64,000 nt of DNA from Amphiscolops sp. MND2022 (lineage: Eukaryota). The notes below the pieces were generated by a model. That model saw only the letters and a program-made list of their open reading frames with translations. It searched no databases and had not been told where the DNA came from. Both the position numbers and the translations under genes were made by a program. Below are positions 1-12,844 of this stretch, piece by piece. How positions within the stretch are numbered: position 1 is the first letter of the stretch; every line of letters starts with the position of its first letter. The stretch lies in assembly GCA_964187785.1 (NCBI GenBank), contig OZ076417.1, positions 53,196,001 through 53,260,000 of the forward strand, read 5' to 3'.

Positions 1-542
1 GTCGGCCATCCCATTGTTGCTCCTTCTTACTACTGGAGATATAAATCACAGAGTCAGCCGATATTGTTGAGCTCATTTCATCGACTTCAAACAGCTTTTC
101 AGGTAAGTTGTATTTTTGAATTATCAAGTTGTTTTTTTTTCGCAATTGTGAACTGCTAACTGAATTTGGCGAAGAATATAAAAGAATTAACCCGTTGGTA
201 ATTATCTGAGATTTCCCGGCTTTTTTTGTTTCTGCGGGAGAAGCTCCGGTATATTTCCCCGAGACGGCCTAACTTTTCTGAATGGAACTTCTCCTGCCGC
301 CGGCTCCCTTTGAATCCCTATTGTTTTTACCACCTCCTCATCACTCAGCTCCAGGAAGGTGTGAAAAGCTTTCGAGTTGTTGTCATCGAATAAACTCAGC
401 TCAAGAGGGTAATTAACGGCGCGCGTCGCATAATGTTCTCAAAAATTGAATCATAAAATAGCGGAAAAACGAAATAATCCAAAATAACATAAAATGGCAA
501 TAATTCTAATAGATATGGAATAAAGGAAATCAATGTGAAATA

Positions 543-1061
543 TATTTCTTTTAAATATGTAAATATTCATCATGAAATATTAGTCTAGTAATTTTCTTCA
601 ATCACGAACTCCAAAGTTAAGTCAGTTACATTGTAATTGTCGTATTTGTATTCAATCTCGTTTCTATTATCGTCTCGTGATCCGCACCCTGCCCTTTTAC
701 TTCACTCCAATCAAGAATTTTAGCAGTTGGTTCACTTCCAGTCGAAATTGGACATTTGTCTCTCCTAGCACTTCCCTCTTCAAGATACTTCCGTCTTCCC
801 TAGTGAGATGTCGACTCAATAAGGTTGATCTGATTTTACTTTTCTTTTGAATGAGCTTAAGCTTGATTAGGGCTCAATTTATTCACAATGGCTTCCTGTT
901 TCCATCGTAACACGTGATAACACGTCATAATTTGAAAACTACTTCCAAAAGATTTCAAAAGCGACGTAATGGATTTTTTTCCGAGGAAGCATACAGCTAA
1001 AACTCATTTTTTTTTGTTTCGAGGACCGAACAAGTGAAGCAATAGCAGCACCAGACTCTCG
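543..1061 (+). repeat. ~515-bp direct repeat, copy 1 (upstream region and first coding bases of the antisense cargo gene)
   Basis: Near-identical to 4520-5036 by direct comparison. Confidence 0.9.
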
Positions 1062-2900
1062 TCGTGGTGATCATCCCACAGAGGCCAGTACCTCAGCCCT
1101 AACGGGACAAGTTGAAACTGGGGCTCGGGATTCCCCTTCCAGTGATGACTGCAGTACTGACGTCAATGCTTATGCCGATGAGAAGGTTCGGTTCATGGGA
1201 GAAACGCATTTATTTGCACAGCAGCAGGCTACAGAGGCTACAGTGGATAATCCTGGAAAGACCGGTCAAGGCCAAAATAGCGCGTCAGAGACTTTGCCTT
1301 CCGTCTTTGTCCGGACTAGAACCCCAAAACCTCCAGGCGCAGACACTGAAGACGTCGCATGCTTGTCCCAACTTGAATCGGCACTCAGGGTAGCTGGTAC
1401 GTTTCAGACTCAATGCCCGGAACTATTACCTACATCTGACTCGTCCAATGAAATATCTGTCGCGTCTTTCCTTCAGGCCGACGATGACACTGCCGCATCT
1501 CTCTGTGACGCCCCTTCCCTTCCTGGGGGTGTGAAAAGGGTTAAATTCCTTGCTGATTTCAGTGAGAGAGAGAAAGACCGGAGACGACTCTAATCAAGAC
1601 AGTTGCCCTGTCGTCTATGGGCAATCCCGCTGTGCCCCGAGTCAGGGACCGAAGGAGGCGATGAGACTGATGCCAACATCTAATCAACCCACCAACCAGG
1701 TCCGTCCAGTTCCACAGCCAGACCACATGAAGGTACTCTGCGAGAGTTATCTGGCCGCAGTAGGGCCATCTTGAAACAATAACTCGATGAGGCAGAACCG
1801 ATTTCGTTCCGACAGGGCATCCGACTGTGGCCGTTACCGAATCGCAAGTTTATCATCTTTTGCGTGTCCTGGCCGATGAGACTCTCAATCTGTCTTGCTC
1901 GGCCATGGAGCGGATGGTCCTTCGTGCAGCCAAAGGAACCCTGGCCACTGTTTCATCAAGAACAAAGCACTTTTGGACCTGGACTCGAGCAAAATCGAAC
2001 TCGCCAAGGAAATCCTGGAATTTATCCACACTGAATTGGCTCACATCGGAGAGAGAATCCCTTTCTACGGTGAGTTCCTTGGAGGGAGCACCAAAGCGCT
2101 AGTTACAGCAGAGTCACGTACCAAGACTCAGGGATGCCTCATTGTATATTCCTTTTTGTTGACTTTATACAGAGCTATGTAGACCTTTTTTTGCTCCGGA
2201 GACTGTGGGCCCGAACCGGGGCTTTCACGGACCTGCAAGCCATGTTCTGTGACTTCAAATGGAGCGAAGAAAGATTGACAGTTGTTATAGTTTGTTACGT
2301 TTCTTCTTTGTCGTATGAACTGGTTTAAATATTATGACTTTAGGTTTCATGCGATATTCCAACACCTCTCTAACTGCGCGATGGAAGATATAGCTCAACA
2401 AGTCGCGGCCAGACAAAACTTCTCCATCGAGTTTGAAGACCGAGGGACTAATCGGTTCATGTAACAAGGCAAGAGCCCTTTCACATGTAGACTAATAGTT
2501 GACTTGTAGTTACATAATAAACCAGCCGGCATGGAGATTATCGTGCAGCCCTATTTCACTTGTTATTCCAGCTTGCTGTATTTACAGGAACAAAGCTTCG
2601 AATGGTTCCTTTTATGCGACGAATTCTTCGCTGTGAAGAAGGATTTCTTTCAACGTCTCGTCAGTGATTGTAAGTGCATTTCATATAGGAGAGGTAGCCT
2701 CCCTCTACGTGTACAATTAAGGACTCTTGTGCCTATGTTTCCAGACATTACCAGCTTTTGGTCAGTCAAAGGAGAGAATAAATTTTGACGTTCCTAAACA
2801 GTTTGTGAAGAAGTATTGCGTGTATATGGTCAACGATGGTAAATTTATGCCACGCCATCCTGTCGAGCGCATTTGTGTTGAAGTAGTTGGATTAAAGTAA
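1024..2900 (+). pseudogene. Antisense cargo gene A of element 1: low-complexity N-terminus plus degenerate hAT-like Zn-finger/helical region; end approximate
   Basis: Open frame 1024-1593 (DRTSEAIAAPDSRR...), then frameshifted pieces (FCVSW...SQRNPGH; LFLLRRLWARTGAFTDLQAMFCDFKWSEERL) resembling the post-Zn-finger segment of cargo gene B and of the element-2 cargo. Confidence 0.45.
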
Positions 2901-3348
2901 ATAGTAATCAGAAGTGACCGCGGCAGTCGGTGTTCTCTGGATTGTTAGTTGGTGCTCGTAGCTGTCAGTGAAATCCACGCGTCCGCTTTCTATTCTTTTG
3001 CTTTATTGCTTCACTTACTTGGCTTTGTGATTTATCTTGTTCTCATTCTTTGTCTACATCATTTATTCATTCTTGATTATCGGATGCCGGGCCTTGGGAG
3101 TCAGTTAGCGGGAAATCGATGCACCCAAGTGATGTTTCCAGTGTGGGGTCTCACATGCCGCCTGTGTTTGGAGAGATGACTTCTGCATCTGCAGCTGGCG
3201 ACGGTGAAGCTGGGTCGTTATCTGGGAATAAGCCTGGTACGAACTTCAAAGATCATATGTAATGTTATCCATGCAAAATTAGGATGGGTTCCCGACTAGC
3301 TGGTCTTAATATAGCTATATAGCAACTTACGGGCTTTGTCAATTTTTT

Positions 3349-6300
3349 TTGTTTTTTTTTGTTTTTGGTTTTTCGTCTTTTTTTAAAGTCAGGAAACGGA
3401 AGATCAACACGCATAATTTTTCCTACTTTGTGTTGTCAGTGGTAGACTTGTTTGTCGGTTTCCCTCGAGACAAACGCGTGATTGATGTTTACGCTAGATG
3501 CATGATGTGTCGCGCTGATTTTAGCATCGCCAGAAGGGGGATACAAAATCTTTGGGGGCACAGGAAGGGCGCTAGGCATACACGCATTGAGCAAAAATTC
3601 AAGATAATGACTCAGCATCCGCTTCTGGACAAATCGTGTCGCCCTGTCACAGTCGAAGAAGAACAACGGATCAGGTTGGAGTGCATGTCTGAACCTCCGG
3701 TCTATTTGGAGCTCCTGCTAAGCTTGACTTCGGAACGGCGTTTTGCTTTGGAGCAAGAATCGGAAGCCGCAATTAATCGTCCAACACTGAAAGAGCCTCC
3801 TATCTCTGGTTGTGTTTTTTTTATAAACTGTCTTTCGAGTGTTACAAACTTCCGAAATGTGAAGCGTCTGATGGATAGCTGGGGGATGAGTTTGCGCGGC
3901 GAGATGTCTGTCGTAGAGCAAAGACTTTTTAATGTCAAATGTCAGGTTAGGCCTTGTTTTGTGTTTTTAATTCCTATTTTCGTTTTGAAGCACTTTAAGT
4001 GTAGACATCGATTAGGTAAATTACATGACGTGTTAGGGTGTATAGTTTAACTATTTGGAGTGACTATGTAATTAGGTCAGGTTCCGAACTGCCGTGGTTT
4101 TAAGTCGTCTGTGTTATAATCAAGTTGCTTAAGTTTGTGGAATTTCGTGGCTGTGTTTCAGAAATAGGTCTTTTACGTCATTTACCCGTACGTCGTGGAG
4201 AAGGTATGCAGTTAAATCATTGCTGGGTGTCGCTTTGGTCTCCGAGTGCATTTCGATGGCAACATCCGGCGTGTGGGTTGTCATTTTGTTGATGATGTTG
4301 CTGTCACTTCAGTGACGCTTGTGACAAAACCTATAAACGAAGAGTGGAAGAAGGCTTGTCATACTAGAGGTTACCTTGTTATCATGTTTTGATCCTGTAC
4401 CATCTTTGTGTTGTGTCGTCGTGGAAAGTTATGTTGCTATTGGCCGTGCTCTATCAAAAGTAGTAATGCCAGAGATGTCAGTCGTCCTGAGGTTTTCGAT
4501 GTGCAATGGGGCAAAGCTGTATTCTTTTAAATGAGTAAATAATCATCACGAAATATTAGTCTAGTAATTTTCTTCAATCACGAACTCCAAAGTTAAGTCA
4601 GTTACATTGTAATTGTCGTATTTGTATTCAATCCCATTTCCATTATCTTCTCGTGATCCGCACCCTGCCCTTTTACTTCACTCCAATCGAGAATTTTAGC
4701 AGTTGGTTCACTTCCTGTCGAAATTGGACATTTGTCTCTCCTAGCACTTCCTTCTTCAAGATACTTCCGTCTTCCCTATTGAGATGTCAACTCAATAAGG
4801 TTGGTCTGATTTTACTTTTCTTTTGAATGAGCTTAAGCTTGATTAGGGCTCAACTTGTTCATAATGGCTTCCTGTTTCCATCGTTACACGTGATAACACG
4901 TCATAATTTGAAAACTACTTCCAAAAGATTTCAAAAGCGGCGTAATGGATTTTTTCCGAGGAAGCATACAGCTAAAACTTATTTCTTTTTGTTTCGAGGG
5001 CCAAACAGGTGAAGCAATAGCAGCACCAGACTCTCGATGTGCAATGGGTGCAAAGATGTATCCGGGCTCAGTTTATGCAAAGTTTCGGCAGTCTGGATCC
5101 ATATAACGTCCTCGAATTTTTGAAGTACCAATTGTCAAATATGGTGAATGGTCCTTCTTTCGATAAGATGCCACTACTGCGTCAGGTAATTAGTTGTGTT
5201 TGATAAAAAAAGTAAAGAAAATGAAAGATGTTTGCTTATTGAGCTTTTTGACAAGGAGCGTGTGTTTATAAAGTTATTGTGGTTTTAGTGGTTTTAGTGT
5301 GTTCGAAGTGATGACGTTGTCTCAATTGGCTGCTGTGTGCGCCGAGTTAGTTAACAGATGGGACTATTTAGCTGGGTATTTTGGAAGTGGGTGTGGTGGG
5401 ACTCTGGTCGAATTGCGCTCCGTGGCTAGTCTCAACGTACAGATATTCAGTGATCGTCTTTCTCGTCCTCAATTTGCGGTTCTGAGCTGGTTATTGAACC
5501 CAAGTATATAATAAGTTTTCGACTTTTTTAAAATTTTAATTTTCTTGTGTGTGTGTTTTTTGTTGTATTTTTTTTGCGTTTGAAAGTTTTATGTTAAAAG
5601 TTGTGGCAGTTTTCCGCTTAGCTGATAGGTCAGTTGTGTGTTTCGGTCGTTACGGAGTTTCCTCGAGGGTGCACCTAAAGGCGCGACCGCGACTTCTGTT
5701 TTGAACGAGAGTTTGCCGCATTCGTTCGTTGCCTGCGAATTATGGTCCAAGACCAAACTACAATCTCTGCCGAATTCGATTACGACCGGATCCTGAGTTC
5801 AAAACCTTTTACCTTTAGGGTCATATCACAGGAGATGTACAAGGCTTTGTGTGGACAGTGTTTCCGATTTGATGTTTTGGACCAGCAGCGAGTCTTCTAC
5901 CGCGAAATGCAGTTCTTGAGCGGCATATGCGAGTCGATGTTAGCAGAGTACCATACACATCGCGTTCCACGAAATAGTGGTGGTGCTTTTGACCCTGAAT
6001 ATGTTGCTAGGCGATCGATAGAACGGGTCGTCGTTAGTTCAATGGACTTTTGTTTCGTACTAACGCGTATCGGAATACTCAGTGAGGGACAAGGTGCCGT
6101 TATTCTGCATCAATGCGACGGAGTTAGCTAATATTTCCTCAATCGTTGGAAGATGCACCCATCTCGATGCCCTATTGTGGATGAGATTGTAAACCTATGA
6201 TTGTCGTATCCGAACTGGCAGCGGTGTGCTGAACTTCTAGACATGTTCCGACTTTTGGTTTGTTGTATTGTGCGGAGTGATGATGTGGCGGATTTTGTTG

Positions 6301-6901
6301 ACGTCGGGACACCTGCTATGGAACCGGATCAAATGCTATGTAGCCTCGATTTTGTACGAAGTTGGCTAGCTGCGGAGTCGTCGATAGGGCGAGAAAAATG
6401 ATGACCGGATTTGTCAGACATGCGGAGACCTCCGATATGCAGGTCTCTTGCTTAAGTGATCTGGAGAGAAGCCGACTCTGGGATCTACTGTTAAAGGATG
6501 GTCTAGATGAAACGATGTCTCGATGTCAAGGAGCTTTGGTCGAGGACAGTATCGACGCAGGTGTTTGTATGACTGTGGATTTTTATCTTTCTGCAGTGTG
6601 TGCACAGCTTGAAAGCTTGAAAGCAGATTTCCGTAATCCAGTTAAAGCGAAGAAAGTCGTCAGGTTTCCCGTCGACCTGTTTTCCCATTCCGGGAGTCTG
6701 ATGACAAGCCTCTTCTACAGAGTACTTTGCGTTCTAAGGAAGCGAAAAAACAAGCTGACGTGGTTATCTCGATGGAAGTGTCTGGGAGCGAGTTCTCGCA
6801 TGTCCCTTGTCATGCGGAACAGTGAGAGGAGGGATGTCAGGCGCAACCAGAAAGCAAAGAGTGGCCGTAAAGGAATTGAACCATATGTGTATCTGATTTA
6901 G
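3349..6901 (+). pseudogene. Antisense cargo gene B of element 1: multi-exon, hAT-transposase-like protein, broken
   Basis: CMMC-x16-H-x5-H finger in ORF 3349-4050; GT donor at 3946 in phase 0. LVNRWDYLAGYF resembles the hAT LEQWxALxxYF motif. RCAELLDMFRLLVCCIV and VDVGTPAM align with the element-2 cargo (RTELSRVFRVACLCLP, FEVSIPEL). Confidence 0.65.
4520..5036 (+). repeat. ~515-bp direct repeat, copy 2, inserted inside cargo gene B and flanked by a ~27-bp duplication
   Basis: Matches 543-1061. Flanks are TCGATGTGCAATGGGGCAAAGCTGTAT (4496-4522) and TCGATGTGCAATGGGTGCAAAGATGTAT (5034-5061). Confidence 0.85.
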
Positions 6902-8865
6902 AAGCCACTAGGAAAACTTCCAAAATGGATCGTGCCCAGCTGGTCTCATCAATTGAGTCAGATTCTTGAATGTGTCCGATTTGGCAGAGAGTAAAACCTC
7001 TTTTGATTTACTTTTTATTGTTACCATAGTCTTGACCGAAAATTAAATCGTGTTGTTAATACTGCCAGAGATCCTTGTTGTCTTTTGGTTTTCATGTATT
7101 TTGATGGAAGTTGTAATTACGTTCCAATTTCTGTTGTTTTTTGTTGTTTGAGTCATTTGTAGTTGAACCATGTTTTACTTATTGATTTTCGTGAGAGGAC
7201 TTGTTTGTAATTTTACTCTGTGAGAGTATTGTATTTACTCCGAACAAAATTTGGGTGTTTATCTGGCTGCCATCTACAATTGAAATATTTGCCAGTTAGA
7301 CGTTTTGATGACTGAGTCGTAGTTGTGTGCTGAGCTAGTTCAGGAGTTCTTTCAATTCAGAGATTTTCTACCATTTTTTGCATGTTACTTGACAGTTTAC
7401 GTTATCGTACATCTTTACGCTATATTTGCATGTTTTTTTTAAGCTTTAAAATGTTGGAGTTGAAGGCGCAGCTTTGAATGTCATGTCATTTTATGTGTGG
7501 TAGAGTAGTGACGTTTGCGACTACCATTGAATAGGTTCTCACTCACCAAGTTGTCTGTGTTCGGAAAGTTGATTTACATCAGTCAGAGATAGAGACCTTG
7601 GTGAGTGGGCGGAGCCGCTCTGCTCCTTTCAGGTGACTTGAACATTTTTCGCTTTTGCTTTTATACTCTACGGACAAGTATTCTGACGGGTGGTAGTTAC
7701 CAATTTGGTTGGCTATTGCTGTCAATCAACTTCTTGTTTGTATGTATTTTATCAGAGGACGGGTTGTTTATGACGTCATCATTGCTGATGTGTGTCTTGT
7801 GACGTCATCACTCGTGATGTGCGTCCTTGACGTCTTTGACAATTAGTCGTTACATGGTTTTCATATCTCGTTTGCATCTATACATGACGTTTTCTGGTAG
7901 TGTATTTCTTTCTTTTGTATTGTGACGACTGTAATTTACCGTCTCAAGCTATTACTTTTTTGTTGCTATTCGTTTCTAGCGAAAGGTTTTTGCCGTCACA
8001 AAAACCCTACAAAACTACCTTAGACTCCATTTACCGCTGGTTTGCCACGCAGTAAGCTTCGTCCGATGGCACGACCAACCACCCAGACACGCTTTTGACG
8101 ACGCACCCACATAGCCGACACTTTCTGTAGGATGAGGACGGGGTTTAGGTTTAAAAAACATAACCTTATCTAAGCCGTGATAGTTTTTTTTCTAGCGTGT
8201 TTGGTGTCTTAGTTTTGTTTTCTTTTTGTTCAGTGAGATAAAGTATCAACAAATGTAGGACAAATTTTCAATGTGGTTGGTAGGTGGTTTTTTCATGAAT
8301 TGCATAAATTATCAGCGAGCTAAATTTCGATGACATGTGATTTACAATTGCGGAAGTTCTTCGTCGACTAAAGGTATGCGTCGTTGCAGCTATTGTTGGT
8401 TTATAATTACTGCGTTGCTTGAGTGCGGTGCTTCGAAAATGTCCATTCCCGCACTGTTGAACGCGAGACGACGGTGAGTAGCAGTCGTCACGTAGCATGG
8501 CTGATGACTTTTAGCGAGTGTTCGTGGAATTGTTAATTGTGTTAATTGATATGTTACATGTATTTTTTTAGTGACGTGCAGGACACTTTCATTTGGGTTT
8601 AAGGTAGTCATTTATTTTTAGTAAAAAGTTTTGTATGTTAGTTCATTGTTTCAGGTGAATTTTTAATTTTGATCAGATACGAGGCGATACGCTTACGAAT
8701 TATCAGACAGGGGTGAAAACGGTGAATTTCCGAAGTGTGTTGTAAACGTAGGACGTTTACTTGATGGTGTCCGTTATTGGTTTCTTGTTAAGTTCTAAGC
8801 AGAGGACGCTTGTTTGAGACTTTCACATGATTTTTAGTTGGCTTTTTGTCTTGCATGATTTTTAG

Positions 8866-10696
8866 TCAGGCAGATTTGACTCGAAGTTCGTGAACAAGAA
8901 AGTCTTGGTAAGTTTTTAGTTTTGGTTCAGACCGTCGCTTGTATAGGGTACTGTTGTTGCGTGACGTGACTTGTGTTCTGTCACTAGTGCATGTCAGTTC
9001 AGCATCGTCTATTGCAGCTTCATCGGCTTCAACTCGGTATTCGTCGTTTGTGGTGGTGCTGACAACCGAGGTCGTCAGGTGGTTGCTAGAAGGTCTGGGG
9101 AGAGTTTTCGGGGGTCGGTTGTAGCTGTGTTTGGTCAATTAATCTTTGTGCGTGTTCGTAGTTTATGATGCCGTGTTCAGTATCAATTTCTTCATGTTCC
9201 ACTGTTTCGGGCGTCGGTTCGAAATGAAATTTACTTGAGGAACGTGGTCATTGAAGAGCCCTTGACGCTTCGATGTCCGGTATGGGTGCGTTTGAGGTGA
9301 AAGAACGTAATCGTACTGTGTTCGGAAAGTGCCGACGTTAAAGTTTGTATATGTAGTTGAAGTTTGTTAAGACTTTAACTACTTTGAAAGAGCCTTCCCA
9401 TTTGAAGTGGTTAAGGCAATTTGGTCAGACTGAGTTGTGATTTTTGGGTTGAGAAGGAACGTGAAGTTGTTAACTTTTAACGGTAACTCCTGAGCCTTAC
9501 GGTCGCAGTACCTTTTGTACTTGTGGTATGCCGGGAGTGGGTTGTCATTGACTTGTTAGTATGTTTCGTTCACTTGGTCTACTAATTTTGTTATGTCGGT
9601 TTCTTTTGTTTCGCATCTCAGAGTGTTGCTGAACTAAAGGTCCAGCGCGTTAACCGGAATCCTACAGTGAATCACTTCGCTCGGTGTACACTTAAGTGAT
9701 TGGTGGTAGGTAGTGTTGTGTGCCATGACTGCTAGATTAACGTACTTATCCCATAGGAGTGAGTCAGCTGAAACGTTGGTTTTCAGAATCTGCTTCAGTC
9801 TTTGAGGGAAGCTTTAAACCATCCCTGAGGTCGGAGCATGTTTTACAGTCGCGTGTTCGATTTTGATGCCGGCAGTTCTCATAATTTCGGTCACGATGGT
9901 GGATGTGAAGGCTGTGCCATTGTCAGGTATGGTTGTCCTCGGGTTGTGAGCATGTTGAGTGAATATTTGCATGAGCGCGTTCACCACAGATTTTGTGTCT
10001 GGTTTACGGATCGGAATAGCGAACAAGTAGCGCGAGAAGTAATCGCACGCCGTCAGGATGTTCGTGTATCTATTTGAACAGGGCAACTGGCCGACCAGGT
10101 CGATCTAAAGTACGTCTTTAGGACCATTGCAGGGGTCAAAGATTGTCTCCAAAGGGGAGATTAGTCGCCTTGGGTTGACAGGTTTGGCTTTGATAGATTC
10201 GGTACAGTTACTTACATACTTCGAAACGTGTTCACTAAGAATTGGTATGTATTGACGCTTGCGGAGTTCTACCAACATCTTTGATGCCCCAGGGTGGCCC
10301 TGCATGGGACCGCCATGCATCGTCCTGATTATTGGCATAGTAGTTTCTGGAGGTACTACAATTTGTTTCAAAACAACTCTACCAATGTTATCAAAAAAGT
10401 TCCTGAACAAAACTTAAGTTAACTACAGCAAGACGTTTTCGGTTTTTCACAAGTTTTTGGAAAAAGGAATTAGCAATGTTTACGTGGTTAAACAGTGGTT
10501 CGCTGTTTACCAAGACGCGAACCATTTTTTGAACGTTCTGGTTACTTGACTGATCCTGGATTATTTGTGAATCACCTTGCGGACAAACCTGGTTTACCGT
10601 GTGGAAGTGGTGACGTCGGGTAAACTTCGTCAGCATGATGGAATGAGCCTCGCCAGCTAGGACCGGCTCGAGGTGACGACTGATGATCTGGATCAT
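8866..10696 (-). pseudogene. Gypsy integrase of element 1, fragmented
   Basis: ORFs 10391-10696, 10105-10410 (HGGPMQGHPG...C) and 9814-10086 (D,D core), then recognisable core sequence (WDKYVNLAVMAHNTTYHQSLKCTPSE) near 9670-9760. Confidence 0.85.
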
Positions 10697-10887
10697 CTTG
10701 ACACGGTCGTAATTTTGCTGGTGTTAGTAGTTCGCGAGGGAATGCAGCAAGGTCTGCATATGACTATGTTGTCGTGGGTGTTGATTGCACCAAGCTGTTC
10801 TTGTTCAAGGGGTCACTGGTTGTTGCTGTTGTTCAGGGTTGTAGTCTTCTTCGTCATCATCCTGTTTGGGAGTTTTTGCGGTAATAA

Positions 10888-11914
10888 CTATACCGCATTT
10901 ATAATTGCGGTAATAGTCGAACTATAATTCGGTATAAAACGGTAATAGTTCAGGAATCCCAAATAACGTCGTAAAGCCTTTTTCGACTTCAGGAAATGAG
11001 TCTTTTCAAGAAAGTTCTGAGCATTTTGCTTATGGAAATTTAAGCCTTGAGGGGTAATAGTTCTTCCAAGGAAATCAGTTCCTGTTGCTCCAAAGTGATA
11101 TTTGTGCATTGTGAGTGTAAGGCCTGCCTCCTGAACACATTTACAGGTTGCTTGCAGGTTGGCTATGAGGTGTTCGGCATCATTGGCTGCGATGCCGATG
11201 TCGTCCACATATCGAACACATTGATCCGCTTTGATAAAGTTGTCGAGGTATTCGCACATAACGCTCGAGAATGGGGAAAGTGTCCGGATATGGCCTCGTT
11301 CATTATCAAATCGGTGTCTTGCAGAAAAATCGTGGAGTTCCACTAACAATTTTTCGATTCATGCTATTTTATCAGGTGCAAGCGTGGATTCATTTCATTC
11401 AAGGTTTCTAGGAGTGTGGTCCGCAATCTGCATCCCTTGTGGGATCCGGGGTCTGTGTGGTAGGAAACCAGTATTTTTCAGAGTTTGGCGTGTTTTTTTA
11501 TTCGCTTAATGAGGGTACTGACCTGGTGCGAAGCTTGCTTGTGGTCATTTTGTAGTATGTGCCAAGTTGACGCTGTGTCAACAGGTTTGACATACTTCAT
11601 TTATTCCGGTGCCACGACGGAAAAGTTGGCAATATGAAGTCCCTTTTGGGTTCGCAAGTGTGGTCTGTAACGTTGTTTACTGGTATCTGAATATTGCCGT
11701 ATTTCATGGTACCCAACGCCGGAGAGAAGGTAATGTCACCTTCTTCGTGCAATAGGTCACATATTTGAAGTATGCTCGTGTTAGAGTTTTCGGGATACAA
11801 TTTGGAAGTTGTCCTAATTATGACTCGATCGTTCGATGTAATGGTTATTTCGATAGGATTGAGGATTCCATCAAGGACATTGGAACACCAATGATCAGCT
11901 ATTTTGAGCTGCAT
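10888..11914 (-). pseudogene. Gypsy reverse transcriptase of element 1; central deletions, RNase H missing
   Basis: YVDDIGIAA, FLGRTITPQG, YLGFLNYYR. Downstream of YYR the sequence jumps to the pre-integrase linker. Confidence 0.85.
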
Positions 11915-12060
11915 CGAGAAGAATAGGAAGTTCTAAATGCATCCCCGCCAGCACTGTATGATTTCTCTGAAAGAACAATAGTCCAAATATCGGTCCTGTT
12001 AGGTTCTCCATTACAATGAATATTTCACAGCACTCGATGTCACTAATCTCGATTATCAAT

Positions 12061-12844
12061 TCAATAGTAATCAATTCTCTTGGGGGTTTCTAATTGTCCA
12101 TTAGTGACCTTTATTCGGAAGTTTCGAGGCTGACCTTCTATGATAACTGATTTCGGAGAGAGGAGGTGAATTTTCCGAAGGTCCATTTCAAGAAATGCAC
12201 TGGATAAAGCACCAGTGTCGATTAGGCGACCTATAGTTAATTCTCCAAAGTCCATTGGGAAGTACAGCATGCGTTTCTTGCATGTGAGTTTGGTATTGGT
12301 AGAGAGTGGAATTGGAGACGGGATGGGTTGTTCCAATATTCTTTCGCCAGTTTTCAAGAGACCCCATAAATTGTTGTTGGTATTCAAGAAACAATTTTGT
12401 TGGAGGTACAGATCTGGTGTATTGGCGGACTGACACTAGATGGTGGTGTTGGAGTCTCGTTGCGAAAATAGCTTTTGGAATTGTCGTTATTTGTTGTGTA
12501 CTGGGACTTGGACGATGTGGACGTATGGCTAGCTTTCGAGGCTTTAGTTTCTGAGTTGCTCTATGATGAGTCTTCAGGCCTAGTACGTTCAAGCATGAGA
12601 TGCGCACCTGCACCCTCTGATGAGTCTTCAGGCCTAGTACGTTCAAGCATCAGATGCGCACCTGCACCCTGCCAACATCGTTCCTCAGGGTGGTTTGTCC
12701 TGGGGGTTGTAGGGCGCCTTTGCGGAGAAGTGAATGAAAACAAATAATCTTCATCTGCTCTGACATCTCCGGTTGCATCTTGATCATTGTATGAAATAGA
12801 TCCTTAAATAGCTCAAATTTCTCGTTTTCCCCGTCAAACGCCAT
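12061..12844 (-). pseudogene. gag C-terminus and aspartic protease of element 1, deleted and fragmented
   Basis: FDGENEKFELFKDLFHTMIKMQPEM (gag); MLYFPMDFGELTIGRLIDTGALSS (protease DTG). Confidence 0.8.
12564..12670. repeat. Tandem duplication, 2 x 54 bp, in gag remnant
   Basis: TGATGAGTCTTCAGGCCTAGTACGTTCAAGCAT(G/C)AGATGCGCACCTGCACCCT repeated with period 54. Confidence 0.95.

Noticed and set aside
200-420. Possible minus-strand exon (ELSLFDDNNSKAFHTFLELSDEEVV...)
   Set aside because: No start, no clear splice context and no recognisable family; cannot be supported from this window.
543-5036. The 543-1061 / 4520-5036 direct repeats as LTRs of a small retroelement or DIRS-type element
   Set aside because: No TG...CA ends, PBS, PPT, RT or tyrosine recombinase between them. 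Copy 1 is continuous with a coding exon and copy 2 interrupts a gene.
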